A stretch of 64,000 bases of DNA from Mobula birostris (lineage: Eukaryota): positions 98,348,699 through 98,412,698 of the forward strand of contig NC_092382.1 in assembly GCF_030028105.1 (NCBI RefSeq). Direction: 5' to 3'. The notes under the pieces are model-generated. The model searched no databases. It had not been told where the DNA came from and worked only from the letters and a program-made list of their open reading frames with translations. The position numbers and the translations under genes were made by a program. Position 1 is the first letter of the stretch, and each line of letters starts with the position of its first letter. Positions 12,154 to 25,900 of this stretch are shown here, in pieces.

Positions 12154-13606
12154 CAGTGGCATGCAATGGTTTGGGCACCCTGGTCAAAATTTTTGTACCT
12201 GTAATAGCTCAGCGAGTAAAAGGTGTCCTGATTTCCAAAAAAGCATAAAGTTAAAGATGACAGATTTCTTTAATAACTGAAGCAGGACTACTTTATACCT
12301 TTTTCCATCCTTTACTGTTACAAAATAACAAACATGGAAAAGGTTCTGAAGCAAAAGTTTGCGCACCCTGCGTGGTCAGTACTTGGTACTCCCCCTTTGG
12401 CAAGTATCAAAACTTGTGAACGCTTTTCGTAGCCGGACAAGTGTCTTCAATGATGTTTGGGGATTTTCGCCTACTCTTCCTTGTAAAAGGCTTCTAGTTC
12501 TGTGCGATTCTTGCGCCATCTTGTATGCACTGTTTTTTTGAGGTTTATCTAAAGATTTTCGATGATATTGTGGTCGGCGGACTGCAAGGGGCATGGTAAA
12601 ACCTTCAGCTTGCGCCTCTTGAGGTAGTCTATTGTGGATTTGGAGGTGTGTTGCGGATCATTATCGTGTTGCAGAAGTCATCCTTTTTTGATATGCAGCT
12701 TTTGAATAGACGGTGTGATGTTTGCTTCCAGAATTTGCTGGTATTTAATTGAATTCATTCCTCCCTCTACCAGTGAAATGTTGCCCGTGCTATTGCTGCA
12801 TCAAAATCCCAAATCATGTTTGACTCACCCCCGTGCCCTTGCAAACTTCTCACGCTGAGTTTCGTGGTGAGGACGCAGGAAAGTGTTTTTTTCTTCTGCT
12901 GACTCTTCCATGAAGGTCACATGTGTGCATGTGTTGCTGCACAGAAGAACAGTGCACCCCCACTGCAGAGTCTGCGAAATCTTCCTGAAGGTCTTTTGCA
13001 GTCAACTGGGGAATTTAATTAGAGCAGTCTCTGACATAGTTATCTTGTTCTTCCAGACCTCAACTTGACCTCCACCGTTTCTGTTAACTGCCATTTCTTA
13101 ATTGCATTACGAACTGAGGAAACGGCTACATGAACATGCTTTGCTATCCAATTTTAGCCTTCTCCTGCTTTGAGGGCATCATTTATTTTCATTTTCGGAG
13201 GGCTTGGCAGCTGCTTAGAGAAGCCCATGCCTGCTGACTGTTTGGACAATGTTTGCAGAGTCGGGTTATTTCAAAAGCTTTGAAATTTGCATTCCCTGGG
13301 GTTTCCTAACAATGACCGTGAACAAAGCAGAGCCCTAACAAGATAATTAAGGTCTGAGACCTTGGTAAAAGTGTTCAAAGAGCTCAAATCTCTAGGTGTA
13401 CCCAAACTTCTGCATGGTGCTCTTTTCCTTTTTCTTCACTGGAAAATTGATCAAAGCAAAAAATACACGAAACTTGCTTCAAATATTGAAAAGAATGATT
13501 CATCTTTAACTTTATGAATTCTGCAGATCAGTTCATCTTCTATTCACTGAACGTTTAACTGTAGCAGAAATTTTGACCGGGGTCCTCAAATATTTGCATA
13601 CCAGTG
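12154..13606 (-). mobile_element. Tc1-like DNA transposon with decayed transposase
   Basis: Imperfect terminal inverted repeats CAGTGGCATGCAATGGTTTGGGCACCC(T)GGTCAAAATTT (from 12154) and AAATTTTGACCGGGGTCCTCAAATATTTGCATACCAGTG (to 13606, followed by TA). About 1.45 kb. Confidence 0.8.
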
Positions 13607-13699
13607 TAGGTAGATTGAAAATGATATCGAGTTTGATAATTTCAAAATAATGATTTTTTAGAAAAAACAGTTTTTACCAGCGGCGAATCGGGTCACCGT

Positions 13700-15330
13700 G
13701 TGATTTAGGAGGAGAGGACAGCACAGATATAAAAGGCAACAGCGGGTCCTTAGATTGAGAAGCAGCTTTGACTAGCGGCCAGGAGGCGTTTGTGGTTGAC
13801 CTGCAAGAGGAAGGCAGGGTCATATGCAGTGGCCATCGTCTGAATGGGCCGTGAAGCAGGTGATCTTCAGGCTTCTGCTCGCCGAGGCGTCAGCTCAGAA
13901 TGCAAAGCAGGCAAAGAAAAGGAAAGCACTTGGTTAAGTCTTTTGTTCCTTCCCTTCTATATATCTGATCAGATAGGATAACAGAGAAGCCAGGCAGGAT
14001 AGTTAAATGCTCCTCTTGCTGAATCTGGGGAGGCATAGAAAACTCCAGTAACCCTGACGACGACACCTGCGAGAGCTGCGTTCAGCTGCAGCTTCTGACA
14101 ATCCGCGTTAACATAGAACATAGAACATAGAACGTAGTATAGTACAGTACAGTACAGGCCCTTCGGCACACAATGTTGTGCCGACCCTCAAACCCTGCCT
14201 CCCATATAACCCCCCACCTTAAATTCCTCCATATACCTGTCTAGTAGTCTCTTAAACTTCACTGGTGTATCTGCCTCCTCCACTGACTCAGGCAGTGCAT
14301 TCTACGCACCAAAAACTCTCTGAGTTAAAAACCTTCCTATAATATCGCTCTTGAACTTCCCACCCCTTACCTAAAAGCCATGTCCTCTTGTATTGAGCAG
14401 TGGTGCCCTGGGGAAGAAGCGCTGGCTAGCCACTCTATCCATTCCTCGTATTTCCTTGTACAGCTCTATCATGTCTCCTCTCACCCTCCTTCTCTCTAAA
14501 GAGTAAAGCCCTAGCTCCCTTAATCTCTGATCATAATGCACACTTTCTAAACCAGCCAGCATCCTGGCAAATCTCCTCAGTACCCTTTCCAATGCTTCCA
14601 CATCCTTCCTATAGTGAGACGACCAGAACTAAACACAGTACTCCAAGTGTGGACTAACCAGAGATTTATAGACCTGCATCGTTACATCACGACTCTTAAA
14701 CTCCATCCCCCGACTTATGAAAGATAACACCCCATAAGCTTTCTTAACTACCCTTTCTACCTGTGAGGCAGCTTTCAGGGATCGGCGTACATGTACCCCC
14801 AGATCCCTCTGCCCCTCTACACTACCATGTATCCTGCTATTTACTTTGTACTGTGCCTTGGAGTTTCTCCTTCCAGAGTGAACCACCTCACACTTGCCGT
14901 ATTGAACTCCATCTGCCATTCAGGAGGTGGAGCTAGAACTGGACGAGCCGCAGATCATTCGAGAGGCTGAAGTGGTGATGGACAAGACAAATAGAGAGGC
15001 AGTTACATCCAGTGTGCAGGGCACAGGAGACTGTCTGACAGTCATGAAGGAAAAACGGCTGAAGGGGACAGGGCAGAGTTCTCTTCTCGGCATTTCGCTC
15101 AACATTTTGGATACCGTCGCGGAGTTTGGGGGGCGAGAGAATCAACTAACAGTGCTCAGTCACAGTGGTCGGCCCAGGTGCTTAGTTTGCCTCTGTGACT
15201 CAGAAGGGAAGTGTGCGTTGAGCGGTGACTGTCTCTGTCTGAGGGATTGCGGGGGGCGGAAGCGTAGAAGTCACGATGTGGTGATAGGATATTCGTTAGT
15301 GATGCGGACAGGTGGTTCTGTCGCGACAAC
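13700..15330 (+). mobile_element. CR1 5' region/ORF1 fragment split by a nested CR1 3' end
   Basis: DTCESCVQLQLLTIRV (about 14060-14110) resumes as QEVELELDEPQIIREAEVVMDKT (about 14920). An esterase-like VVIGYSLV follows at about 15280. Confidence 0.7.
14111..14920 (-). mobile_element. Young-looking CR1 3' end with (TTCTATG)n-type tail
   Basis: KCEVVHSGR..KAASQVERVVKKAYGVLSFISRGMEFKSRDV..YKSLVSPHLEYCV; plus-strand (AACATAG)n tail at about 14111-14135. Confidence 0.8.
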
Positions 15331-15699
15331 ATCAGGTATATCTCGGATCGAGCCCTCACCACTCTTAAGTGGGAGTGTGAACTGCTCGAAATCGTAGCCT
15401 ATTTAGTTACCAATGGCATGTGTGTGATGAACGATGCTGTTCTGCACTGCCAGTACGGGAGTTCAGAGCGAATTTAAAAGGGAGAACCACCAGGATCTGC
15501 TGCCCGTTCCACGTGCTTGTGAGGCCGGAAGCAGGGAAGTTTTCCGGATTAATATATTTCTAAAGAGTTGCTTTTACATCCTAGTCCTCTGGAAATGGAT
15601 GCTAAACTTGCATTTGGCTTCCTCACCTTTCTGCAAATTTTCCTGTAGGGAATCCTTGCAAAAGGCTCAGCACTCTGCTTGTTTCTCCATTGTTAAAAT

Positions 15700-16130
15700 A
15701 GAACAGGCATAAACAGAGAATATACAGTTTATGGTATGGGGAAGGAGCTGTTTACAGACACCAGTCCTCTGAAAGTGGATTGGAACATGAATTTGGCTCC
15801 CTTACCACTGACTCAAACTGCAGATTTTCCTCTGGCTCTGCACTCTTATTTTCAATTCAAATATTCTTCCCAATTGCGAAATAGTCCACGACTTTATTCC
15901 CTCTGCCAAAGAGTAAGACTGGGCCCTTTCCTGCATCATATTCCTGCTGCCAAATCTTTGCCTGTGGTCCTGTTTGTTAATTCCTTTTGCAAGCACCATG
16001 CTTCCTAATCTCTACCTGCCCTTCCATCTACCTTTGCATGTGTCTCCAACCCTGCCACAAACCAATCAAATCCTTCATCCAAATCATTGACGTACAACGC
16101 CAATTATACGACGACTGATCGATGACTATA
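15700..16130 (-). mobile_element. CR1 3' fragment
   Basis: Decayed DMQQWAEKW-type region. Confidence 0.55.
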
Positions 16131-17479
16131 CATGGGAAAATCCATAATAACCTTCCGGATATAGTAACACAGGATAGACAAAGTATAACAACATATTCCA
16201 TGGATAAAGCCGTTGCGAACACAGATAACATACAGAAATCATAGTTGAAAAACACCACAATATGCTGAATCAAAAGAGGAAAGTGAAAGAGGATAGAACA
16301 TGAATAGGGGATGTATTATCCCAATAAGAATATTTACAACTAGTATGATCGTATTCATTGCAAAACAGCATTAAAATTAGCGCTACCGATGAAATATGTA
16401 TAGAAATTTCAAGAAGGCTGTAAGACCAAGCACGTCTAAATATTCCGGAAGCTCCGAGCATTTGAGAAATGGGCGTGTTTGTTTCAGGTTTTATCAGTGG
16501 GGCGGTGAGTGTTGTTACCCACTTTCGCTCAGGAACCTGATGTTTGCGATGTCGCAACTGCTCGTAAACCTGAATTAGGAATCCTGAAACCTGACTCAAG
16601 TCCCTGGTTCAAGAGGGTAAAAAAAAAAAAACAGGAAACATTCAGCAAAGTCCAGCTGCGCCGTTGTCAAGAAAACACCCTTACTTCTGTAGTTCCTGAA
16701 AGTAAAAGGATATTCGCTAGGTTCCCTTTGACTGTCCCCAATATTTAAACCATCCTGTCCTTTGATAAACGGCGGGGGGTCTGGCCACCCAGCCAGAATA
16801 GTGATGATAATGAGGTCGCAGAAAATAAATCTAGGGGGCATACTATGCTGTTACATAGAATATAAGCACATGATGAAATCGATTGAAATCAGTCTGCATG
16901 TCCTCTTGTTTAAAGCGGAGGTTACGAGGCTGTTGATCACAAAGGGTTTCAAAAGTTACGGCGGGATTCAGGCAGAATATTGGGAAATGCCATCTGCACC
17001 CTCTCTGAAGCTTCCATGTGTTGTGTATAATGAACCGACCGGAACTGAACACAATGCGCCAAGTATAGTCTACTTAGATTGTTATAGTGTTGTAACATTA
17101 CCCTCTGCTCCGAGCTGGACTAGTGTCACACTAACCGCTACACAACATACTGTTCCAACTTGTAACTCAACAATCCACCTTTACACTGCCTCTTTCAGGT
17201 CATTTACAAAGATCAGAAAGAGCAGGATCCCGAGCAGATCTCTTGGATATGCTCCATCGCCTGCAGTTCCTTACTCTCTGAGCAAGATGATTCCAAATTC
17301 AGGAAGCAAAGTTTCTATCGATCTTATGCCTTCAAAGTTTCTGGGTGTGTCTAATAAGAGTAATCATGACGAACGGTCCACTCAGTTCCATATACAGAGC
17401 ATCCGCCACTCTACCGTCATGAATTTCTTTTGTCACCTCCTCAAAAAGTCATTCAGGGCGTATGACATGATCCGCCCCT

Positions 17480-18960
17480 CATATAGCTGTCCTTAATTCA
17501 ATTTCTCCAAATAGTCATGCAACCCTGCATTTGGGAAATGAATCAGATCAGCTTTCAGATTTCTCGGTGGGGGAGCATTTTAGAGATACTGACCACAACT
17601 CTATCTCCTTCACCAGAGCGCTGGAGAGGGATAGGAGCAGACAATTTTGGAAAGTATTTAATTGGGCTATGGGAAATATGATGCTATTAGGCAGGACTTT
17701 TGGAGCAGATGTTCTCAGAGAAATGCACAGCAGAACTGTGGCAAAAGTTCAGAGAACAATTGAATGGAGTTCTACCTAGGCATGTTCCATTGAGGTAGGG
17801 AAAATGTTGGTACTATATACAACCATGTAAAACCATGGTGTATAAGATCTGTAGAAAATCTAGTTAAGAAGAACGGAAAAGCTTACGAACAGATCAAGAA
17901 AATAAGTACTGTTAAAGCTCCAGAAAATTGCAAGGTTGCTAGGATGGAGCCTAATAATGGAATTAGGAGAGCAAGAAGGGGCCATGAGAGGAGCCCGGTG
18001 TGCAGGATAAAGGAAAACCCCGAGTCATGTGAAGAGCAAGAGGATGAGCCGCGAGAGAATAGGGCCAATCAAGTGTGTCAGCGGAAAAGTGTGTATGGAG
18101 TCGGAGGAGGTACTTAGTAAATAATTTATTTCAGTATTCAACAGGAAAAATGATTTTTGCCATTTTTGGGACGACTTACAGTAGACTGAAACCTTTGACC
18201 ATATAGACATTAAGAAAGAGGATGTGCTGGAGTTTTTGAAAAGCATTAAGTTAGAAAATTCACCGAGACCCGATGAGATATACCCCAGCCTGATAGCCTC
18301 ATGTCCCCCCTTACTCCAAGCAAACGTTACCCTAAATTGTCTATTCCTATCCATCTCCTATGGTTGTGATAGAATTGTGATCACTATCTCAAAAATACTC
18401 TCCCACTGAGAAGCCTGACACCTGACTCGGTTCATTTCCCAATACCAGATCAAGTACAGCCTCTGCTCCGGTACGCTTATATGCATATTGTGTCAAGAAA
18501 CCTTCCTGAGCACACCTAACCATCTCCATCCCATCTAAATCAGTTACTCAAGGAAGATGCAAAACAAATTAAAATTAAAATCTCCCACCACAACAACCCT
18601 GTTATTATTCCACCTTTGCCGAATCTGTTTCGCTATCGGCTCCCAGATTTCCCTGTTGCTATTGGCTTTTCTATAAAAACACCCACTAGAGTCATTGACT
18701 CCTTCCTATTCCTAAATCCTCTCACAGAGACTCCGTTGACAACTCCTCCATGTCTTGCTCCTTTCCTGCAGCCGTGACACTATCCTTGATCAACAGTACC
18801 ATGTCTCCACCTTATTTGCCTCCCTCCCTGTCCTTTCTGAATCAGCTAAAGCCTGGCACTTGAAGTAACCATTCCTGCCCCTGAACCATCCAAGTCTCTG
18901 TAATGGCCAGAACATCATAGCTCCATTCACCAAGTCTGTGTCAGTTTAGCAAATGTTGGA
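17480..18960. mobile_element. Two CR1 ORF2 fragments in opposite orientations (about 17480-18290 plus, about 18400-18960 minus)
   Basis: VGEHFRDTDHNSISF and KSIKLENSPRPDEIYP motifs; endonuclease remnants on the minus strand. Confidence 0.6.
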
Positions 18961-19439
18961 TGAGGACTCTCATGTCCCTTTGCAGTTCTGACTTCTGCCG
19001 TTTTTTTTTTTTTTCCCTGGTCTGTAACATAGTCCACATCTTTATCAGTTCTATCAAAATGCATGACCATTCAGTTCCCGGAGCTCGACTGAACTGACTT
19101 TATTTCTCACATCGTCCACATACATGAGGACGAAAAATCTTAACGTCTCCGTCTAAATGTGATATGTGTAATCATAGTCATTTATAATAATGTTGAATTT
19201 AGAATAGACTCAAATCAGTGTGAGCATATCTATCTGAGGGCCTGGGGGCAGAAGTTGTCCCGGAGCCGATTGGACTTGGGTTTTATGCTGCGGGATTGTT
19301 GCGCGGATGGCAGCAGCTGGAAGAGACTGTGGCTGAGGTCACTTGGGGTCCCACTGATGCAGCGGGCCCTTTTTACACAACTGTCTTCGTAAATATCTTA
19401 TATAATTGGAAGTTCACAACTACAAAATGTGCTGGGCTG

Positions 19440-19700
19440 TCCGCACCACTTTCTGCACAGTATTCCATCTGTCAGTTATTTCCCCATTCTCCCAGTCTCT
19501 CTTCGTCCTTCTGTAGTCTCTCCACTTTCTGAAAACTACTTGACTCTTCACCTATCTCCGTATCGTCTGCAATCTTTGCAACAAGACCATTAATTCCGTC
19601 ATCCAAATCAAAGACATATAACGTAAAAATAATCAGTGCCAACACAGAAACCTGTGGAATACTACTCGACACCAGCAGCCAACCAGGAAAGGCTCCTTTT
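19440..19700 (-). mobile_element. CR1 RT fragment
   Basis: SSIPQVSVLALIIFTLYVFDLDDGINGLVAKIADDTEIG. Confidence 0.75.
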
Positions 19701-22594
19701 ATTTCTTCTCTTTGTCTCCTGGCAATCAGCCACTGCTTTATCCATTGTCTCCATTGCAGACCCTGATTGGATTCTTGTCTCTTCTCTCGTTTGGCGACAT
19801 TTACTTTATTTCCCTTCATCTCCCAAAATTGGTTTCGCTTGCCATCAATTGGTAACGAACTCCAATTATTGCAGTCATAGTCACGGAGCACGAGTTACAG
19901 CCCGTCGGATCAACCAAGTAATGCCGAGGTCATATCGCTGTGATTTCCATCCCTCCAAGTACCTCCCCACTTGTTTCTTGAATGATACAATCGTCTCTTT
20001 CTCAACCACTTTCACTGGTATAATTACACATCCTCTCAAATCCATCTATTTTAAAAATTTGCCCTTCCGGTCCCTACTGAAACTTTTTCTCCTATCTCTC
20101 GATCGTATTGTACCTGATTTTGCCTCTTGCTGTTTCAGCTTGTTCCCATAACACGGTCTTCGCAAGAAATCTTCCAGTAATCTGCCCTCCCCCATCACCT
20201 GAACGCATGTCCACAAGATTTAGACTCCCCTATCCAGGGTCTCAAAAGACTCTTATCATCCACCTCGTCTACGTCTGTTGACATTTAAAATAAAGTTCTG
20301 CAACTCCGTCCCTCATTCTATTAAGTTCCAAGTATAAAACACCCAACATGGCCAACCAGTCTCCATACCCCAAGTCTTCTCGAGCTGGGTACATGCCCGT
20401 AAATCTTTCCTACCCTTATTCCTGACCAACGGCACTTTTGTATGGTGACCAAATACAGTACTCAGTTTTACGACTGAGCCCTGATCAACGACTTACAGAA
20501 CTGGAACATGATCTCAAAACGACTCTCCTGAAAGCCCTGTGTGAGCAAATTTTTCGGACTGTACGCTACTTTTCTATTGCTGACATGTAATAGCTTTCTG
20601 AATAGTTATCGAGAACCTCTGCTTGGAGTCCGAGTCCAAGGACACTCAAAGCTGCTGCGCAGCTTGACTCTGTGGTGAAGAAGGTAGAAATTTGAACTAC
20701 CACCTGTCAGTTTTCTATCTAGCCCCGAAGCAATCATTTTTGTTTGTGGAATGAGAGTATCCTTCCATTTTCTTCACAGGCACATGTCTGTCTCAACTTC
20801 CGCAGGCAGCTGTGCAGACTAAGCTGTTGGGTAGATTCAAGGCAGAGATTGATAATTTCTTGGTAGATCAGGGGAATAAGAGATACGGGGCAAGGCAGAA
20901 GATTTTGACTGTGAGGAAAATTGGATCAGACATGATAAAATTGCAGAACAGAACGATCGGTAAAAGTGGCCTTATTCCACTCCAACATCTCATGGTCTGA
21001 TGGTCCGAATGTCAGGATTCTTCGCAGGGACAGAGATTTTGGTGGGGCCCACATCCAAATTCTCGCGCGATTTGATCCTGGGTGGGTGGTTTTGAAATTC
21101 AAAGACGCGTTATCCTTCATTGAGGAGAGGTGGACACAGCTGGACTATTTTCCCCAGAGCGGCGGACCGCAGAAGCAAAATTCGGTCGTTGCTCCATCGC
21201 ATCTGCAAAAGAAAATCGCATAGATGCTGCCTGACCAGCTGCGTTTCTCCAAGATTTTGTGTGTGTTGATTTAGCTTTCCACCATCAGTAGAGCTGTTGT
21301 GTTCATGATTTGCTGCTGCATTACAAAGTGTCCTCGGGGCAAGCCTACCTTGAAGAAATCTAACACCTCATTTCAACAGGAGTTCAGTGAGAGCCTCTCT
21401 GACTGCACCCGATCTGTACTATCAGATTCCTTCCTCTCCCACCCTTTTCCTTTCCCAATCATCTGGCTTCACCTTTCACCTTCTAACTATCTTTCTTATC
21501 ACCCTTACTCCCACTTTTAATTCTGGTGTCTTTCCCCATTCTTCCCAGTCCTGTTGATAGGTCCTGGTGCACAACATTGACTGTTCATTCTTTTCCATAG
21601 ATGTTGAGTTCCTCCAGCAATTTGAAAGAGGAAATGCACTTTCTATTTTTATTCTTCAAACGAAAATGGAATCTACCGGCCATTCTGCTTGGCTGATTTA
21701 CGATCCCTCCCAAACCCATTCCCCTACCTTCTACTGTAACCTTTGATGGTCGTAATAATTATAAACATTTCAAACTCCGCCTTAAAGATGCCCAACAACT
21801 CCACCTATCGTCTCTTCTGTTCAGATGACTTACCGTTATACTCCAGCTGGAGAACCTCCGTCTACCCTTTCGTCCATTGCCAACTCCTCACTTTCCCTCT
21901 TCTTTATTCCCTTCCCTCTTCCACCTATCTCCTCAGAGGGTTTTAATTCACCCCCATCGGCCCACTCCCGTCACCTTATTTGCCTTACCACCAGTCAGAT
22001 TGTAATCCATCCTCTCATCCCGCTGAACCCACACGGCCCCTTGCCGTTCCCAATCCCTATGAAGGATCTCGCTCCGAATTGTCAATTGTTCATTCCCTGC
22101 TTTACAATCCAAACGTGGGAGATTGCAGACACAGGAATAGACGCTTCGCCCAAAATTATCGTGCTGAAGGAGTTAAATTAGTAACCAAGTGGCTAACTGA
22201 TCTTTTCAGCTTACATAATGAGCGTATATTATCCATTTATTTTTGATGATGGGTTAGTAGCAACAACTAAAAGAGCGGGCGCCACATAAGTAACTTATCA
22301 GTCCTGTGCACATAATATTTTAATACGTTGGAGCCTACGTCTCCGATTCCATCCACAGCGTCTTTCGGAGACTCCGGCCACCCTCCGAACCCCAGAGGTC
22401 CGGTACAGCCGCCCTGGAACGGCTGTCCGTTCCTCACACGTCTGTCCTCTCTGCTCGTCTCCCGAAAAAGCCCGTGCTCCTCAACTCAGCACACATATAC
22501 AAGACAGCAGAACATTGGTTAACAAATGTATACATTTCCATTATCACATTGTATTACACAAACATTGTTGTTACAAAGAGCCCGTCTCTCAGCA

Positions 22595-23110
22595 GGTAAC
22601 AGTACCTACAGGTACTGATGCTGAGGATATTCTACGAGTCTGTGGTGGCGAATGCTATCATGTTTGCTGTTGTGTGCTGGGGCAGCAGGCTGAGGGTAGC
22701 AGACACCAATAGAATCAACAAACTCATTCGTAAGACCAGTGATGTTGTGGGGATGTAACTGGACTCTCTGACGGTGGTGTCTGAAAAGAGGATGCTGTCC
22801 AAGTTGCATGTCATCTTGGACAATGTCTCCCATCCACTGCATAATGTATTGGTTGGGCACAGGAGTACATTCAGCCAGAGACTCATTCCACCGAGATGCA
22901 GCACTGAGCGTCATAGGAAGTCATTCCTGCCTGTGGCCATTAAACTTTACAACTCCTCCCTGGAGGGTCAGACACCCTGAGCCAATAGGCTGGTCCTGGA
23001 TTTATTTCCTGGCATAATTTACAAGGTACTATTTATTTATTTATGGTTTTATGTTTCTATATTTATTCTCTATTCTTGGTTGGTGCAACTGTAACGAAAA
23101 TCAGTTGCCC
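22595..23110 (+). mobile_element. Rex/Babar-like LINE 3' end
   Basis: LRIFYESVVANAIMFAVVCWGS...HPLHNVLVGHRSTFSQRLIPPRCSTERHRKSFLPVAIKLYNSS; close paralog of 39960-40830. Confidence 0.8.
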
Positions 23111-23836
23111 TCGGGATCACTATAGTGTGACTATGACTAATTTTAATACAACACCTCAGAGAAGCCATTTTGGTAATAAGCGATTAACATTTAACAGTCC
23201 GTCTAGTGTTACTGAGAGCCCAACACTACTCAAAGATCAATCCAACTATTTCGTAAACATGCAGTCCTTTCCAAGGTGGCATTCTGTGCGCGGAGATTTT
23301 GCATGCCCTGCGTGTTTTGCGGGTTTCCTGCATCTGACGATTCTCTTCTGTTTAAAATCGCCAGATCAGCCGGCACCCCCAGATCCTGTCACCTTCATTA
23401 ATCGGTTAGCATGTCCATCAATATCCCGTCGTCCCTCCAAAGTACTCTACCCTTCACGGTGTGTGCGCCATCCTTGTTATCATGTCGCCCCCCGTCTCTT
23501 AACAATCACTATTATCCGGTCCTCTCCAATCTTCGTACACTGAGAACCCTCTGTCCTTTCACACTCACACAATTCACGCCGTGAGTCCTGCCCTGTACTC
23601 CGAGGTCCATCTGTCCCTCGACATTTCCCAGCGTTCTCGGTTTGTCTACTGCTCTTCGACACCGAGGACATTTGTGCCTCGACATTCCCCACCATTCACG
23701 GTGCGCCGACGCGAGGTTTCGTAAATAAATTTAGAAATATTCCGAGACTACTGGAAGGTAAAGCACGTGAAAGGAATCTGAAAGGAAGAGAGAAGCAAAG
23801 AAATAAAAATTAATATTGTTTGTCAACATCACTCAC

Positions 23837-23873
23837 AGTGGAAGGCGAGGAGAAACCACAGAAATAAAAACAT
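23837..23873 (-). pseudogene. Orphan family-A V leader exon (V exon missing)
   Basis: ATG TTT TTA TTT CTG TGG TTT CTC CTC GCC TTC CAC T|GTGAGT, 37 nt like other A leaders. Promoter block (23880-24010) and about 130 bp of intron are conserved; no V exon or RSS follows. Confidence 0.8.
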
Positions 23874-24060
23874 CTTCCTTGGAGGGTTTATTCTCTCAGT
23901 GATGAAAGTGTTGTGTGCGGCAGAGACGAGTCCATTCACTTGTTACTGATATCAGTGACGTCGGTGGACTTGCGGAAGTGGCGATCAGCCACGCCCCTTC
24001 CATGAACCTATCCGATCTCAGGGATGTGTTGTTACGCTCCACCAATTAAAGCAGCCAATT

Positions 24061-24097
24061 CTCTCTCTCTCTCTCTCTCTCCGCGCCCCCCCCCACA

Positions 24098-24143
<46 letters not shown>

Positions 24144-24145
24144 CA
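24061..24145. repeat. (CT)n/(CA)n microsatellites
   Basis: Directly visible. Confidence 0.9.
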
Positions 24146-25147
24146 GGCTCTGTATCTATCGATCTCTCTGCTGAACTCCGTCGCCCTCTCCGCGCCCGAC
24201 ATCTCTCTCTTGCTGTTTTTTATTGCTCCTTCGTCTTCGGATTTCCGCAATACTAGAGATCCGTTGCGGGAAGAAGGGCCATAATTGACCAAGTTTTTAT
24301 TGAATACAAGAATCTCTCTGAATAATCACCGCACTCCAAACCACATGTGGCATTTTAGTCCGTGTGTAACTCCCATTGTCAGCCTTTTCCATGCCGGAGA
24401 GCTCCTGTCTCAGAAAGCCGGAGAAATCCGGAGTACACCGGGAACATGTTGACTCCGCTATCTCGTCAGATTAAGCATTTGGAATCTGTATTCTAAGCCC
24501 TTCCAGATCGCAGCTAAACCCCGTGAAATACCCCATGTTTGCATGGAGCAGGTCCCCAACATATCGGCTGGCACGCTCACATACGCCAAAATTTCCAAGT
24601 CTGCACACGCCAGCAAATTGGCTAGCAACCCGAATACGCCGACAACCCCAAATCGACGCGCACCCCAAATTCCGCCTGAGAAAACTATTTCTGCTGGAAC
24701 CCCCAAGATCCACCAACACCCTCATATTCCTCATCTTCAGTGATTGGTGATCATCAATATCCCTCTGTTCCCTCCAAGGACGCCCTGTTCTGCCATTCAC
24801 CGGGTGTATCCTACAGCTGTTCTCCAGTCTCGCCCTGTTTCTTAACTATCCGGCTGTCCTCTACCCTAGGCTGCAGAATCAAGGAAAGATGGAGTCGGGG
24901 GTTGGGGGAGAGCGGTGAGGATCATATTCCCCCATCTGAATGTTTAAGAAGAGGAGGAAATGAAACGCCACGGCATAATACCTCCGCCCCATAGTTCACT
25001 GATTGGCCGAACGGCGCAGCGCCTGACAGATAGACCCTCCTCCCACCCCATGATTGACAGGAGTCGTATTTCCTGTTTTGCTGAAAGTACAGACCCTTCT
25101 GACGGTGAGGTTTTTGTTCGGCTGCCTCGTCACTCTGAGCCGCCCTG

Positions 25148-25765
25148 AATACTCCAGGCGCAGAAATACACGGCCGACGAATTCGCCTCTAGTTTGTTCG
25201 ACTTCAGGTGGAACTCGTTGTTCTTTGGTCTCTCTGCCTTAAAACCGTCGACCATTCCCCCCGGTTGGACGTACTTAGCTGCGTTCGAGTAAAACATGTT
25301 CTCCGGGCCCTTTCCCGGGTACTGTCGGTACCAGTACAACCAGTTAGTATTACTGGTAATACCATCCACTGTGCAACGCACGGTCACGTTCTGGCCGAGA
25401 GGTCCGGAGAGAGCCGGAGTCTGGTGAATTGTCACCCAGGTCGCGTCTGGAAAAAGAGACGGGGGTGGCAAAATGCGGTGAACGAACAGGGAGACCCTGG
25501 TCAACAGGGAGGAGGAAAAAGAGGGAGTATTGAGGGAAAAGAGAAGAACTGATGTCGGGAGAGCTCGAGAGGTGGTCGAAATTCAGAGGCGGCGGCTGAG
25601 GGAAGATAGTGTGAGGATGCGACGATTCGTAATTAAATACAGAAAGATTAAGAGGCTACTGGAGGGAATATGAAAGTAAGACAGTAGCAAAGAAATGAAA
25701 AGAATATTTTTTGTTCAAATTCACTCACAACGGAAGGCGAGGATGACCTGCAGAACCAGAAACAT
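25148..25765 (-). CDS. TRBV: V1 (family A) TCR beta-like V; open frame but non-canonical RSS heptamer
   Basis: Leader 25765-25729 (MFLVLQVILAFR). V exon 25446-25148: TIHQ..VRCTVDG..LYWYRQ..MFYS..AERP..YFCAWSI. RSS CAGGGCG-23-ACAAAAACC (25147-25109). Confidence 0.85.
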
Positions 25766-25856
25766 CTTCCTTGGCGGGTTTATTCTCTCAGCGATGAAAG
25801 TGCTGCGTGCAGCAGAGACGAATTCATTCACTTCATCCCCGCTTGTTACGTATCGC

Positions 25857-25900
25857 AGTGACGTAGGTGGATTTGCGGAAGTAGCGATCAGACACGCCCC
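25857..25900. promoter_or_regulatory. Family A promoter module: CRE-like, ETS and GC box (also about 23954-23998, 41934-41977, 53867-53910)
   Basis: AGTGACGT..GCGGAAGT..CACGCCCC, conserved 90-135 bp upstream of A leaders. Confidence 0.6.

Noticed and set aside
16762-17496. 244-aa plus-strand ORF
   Set aside because: No domain signature or splice context recognised; probably a chance open frame, though not excluded without a database search.
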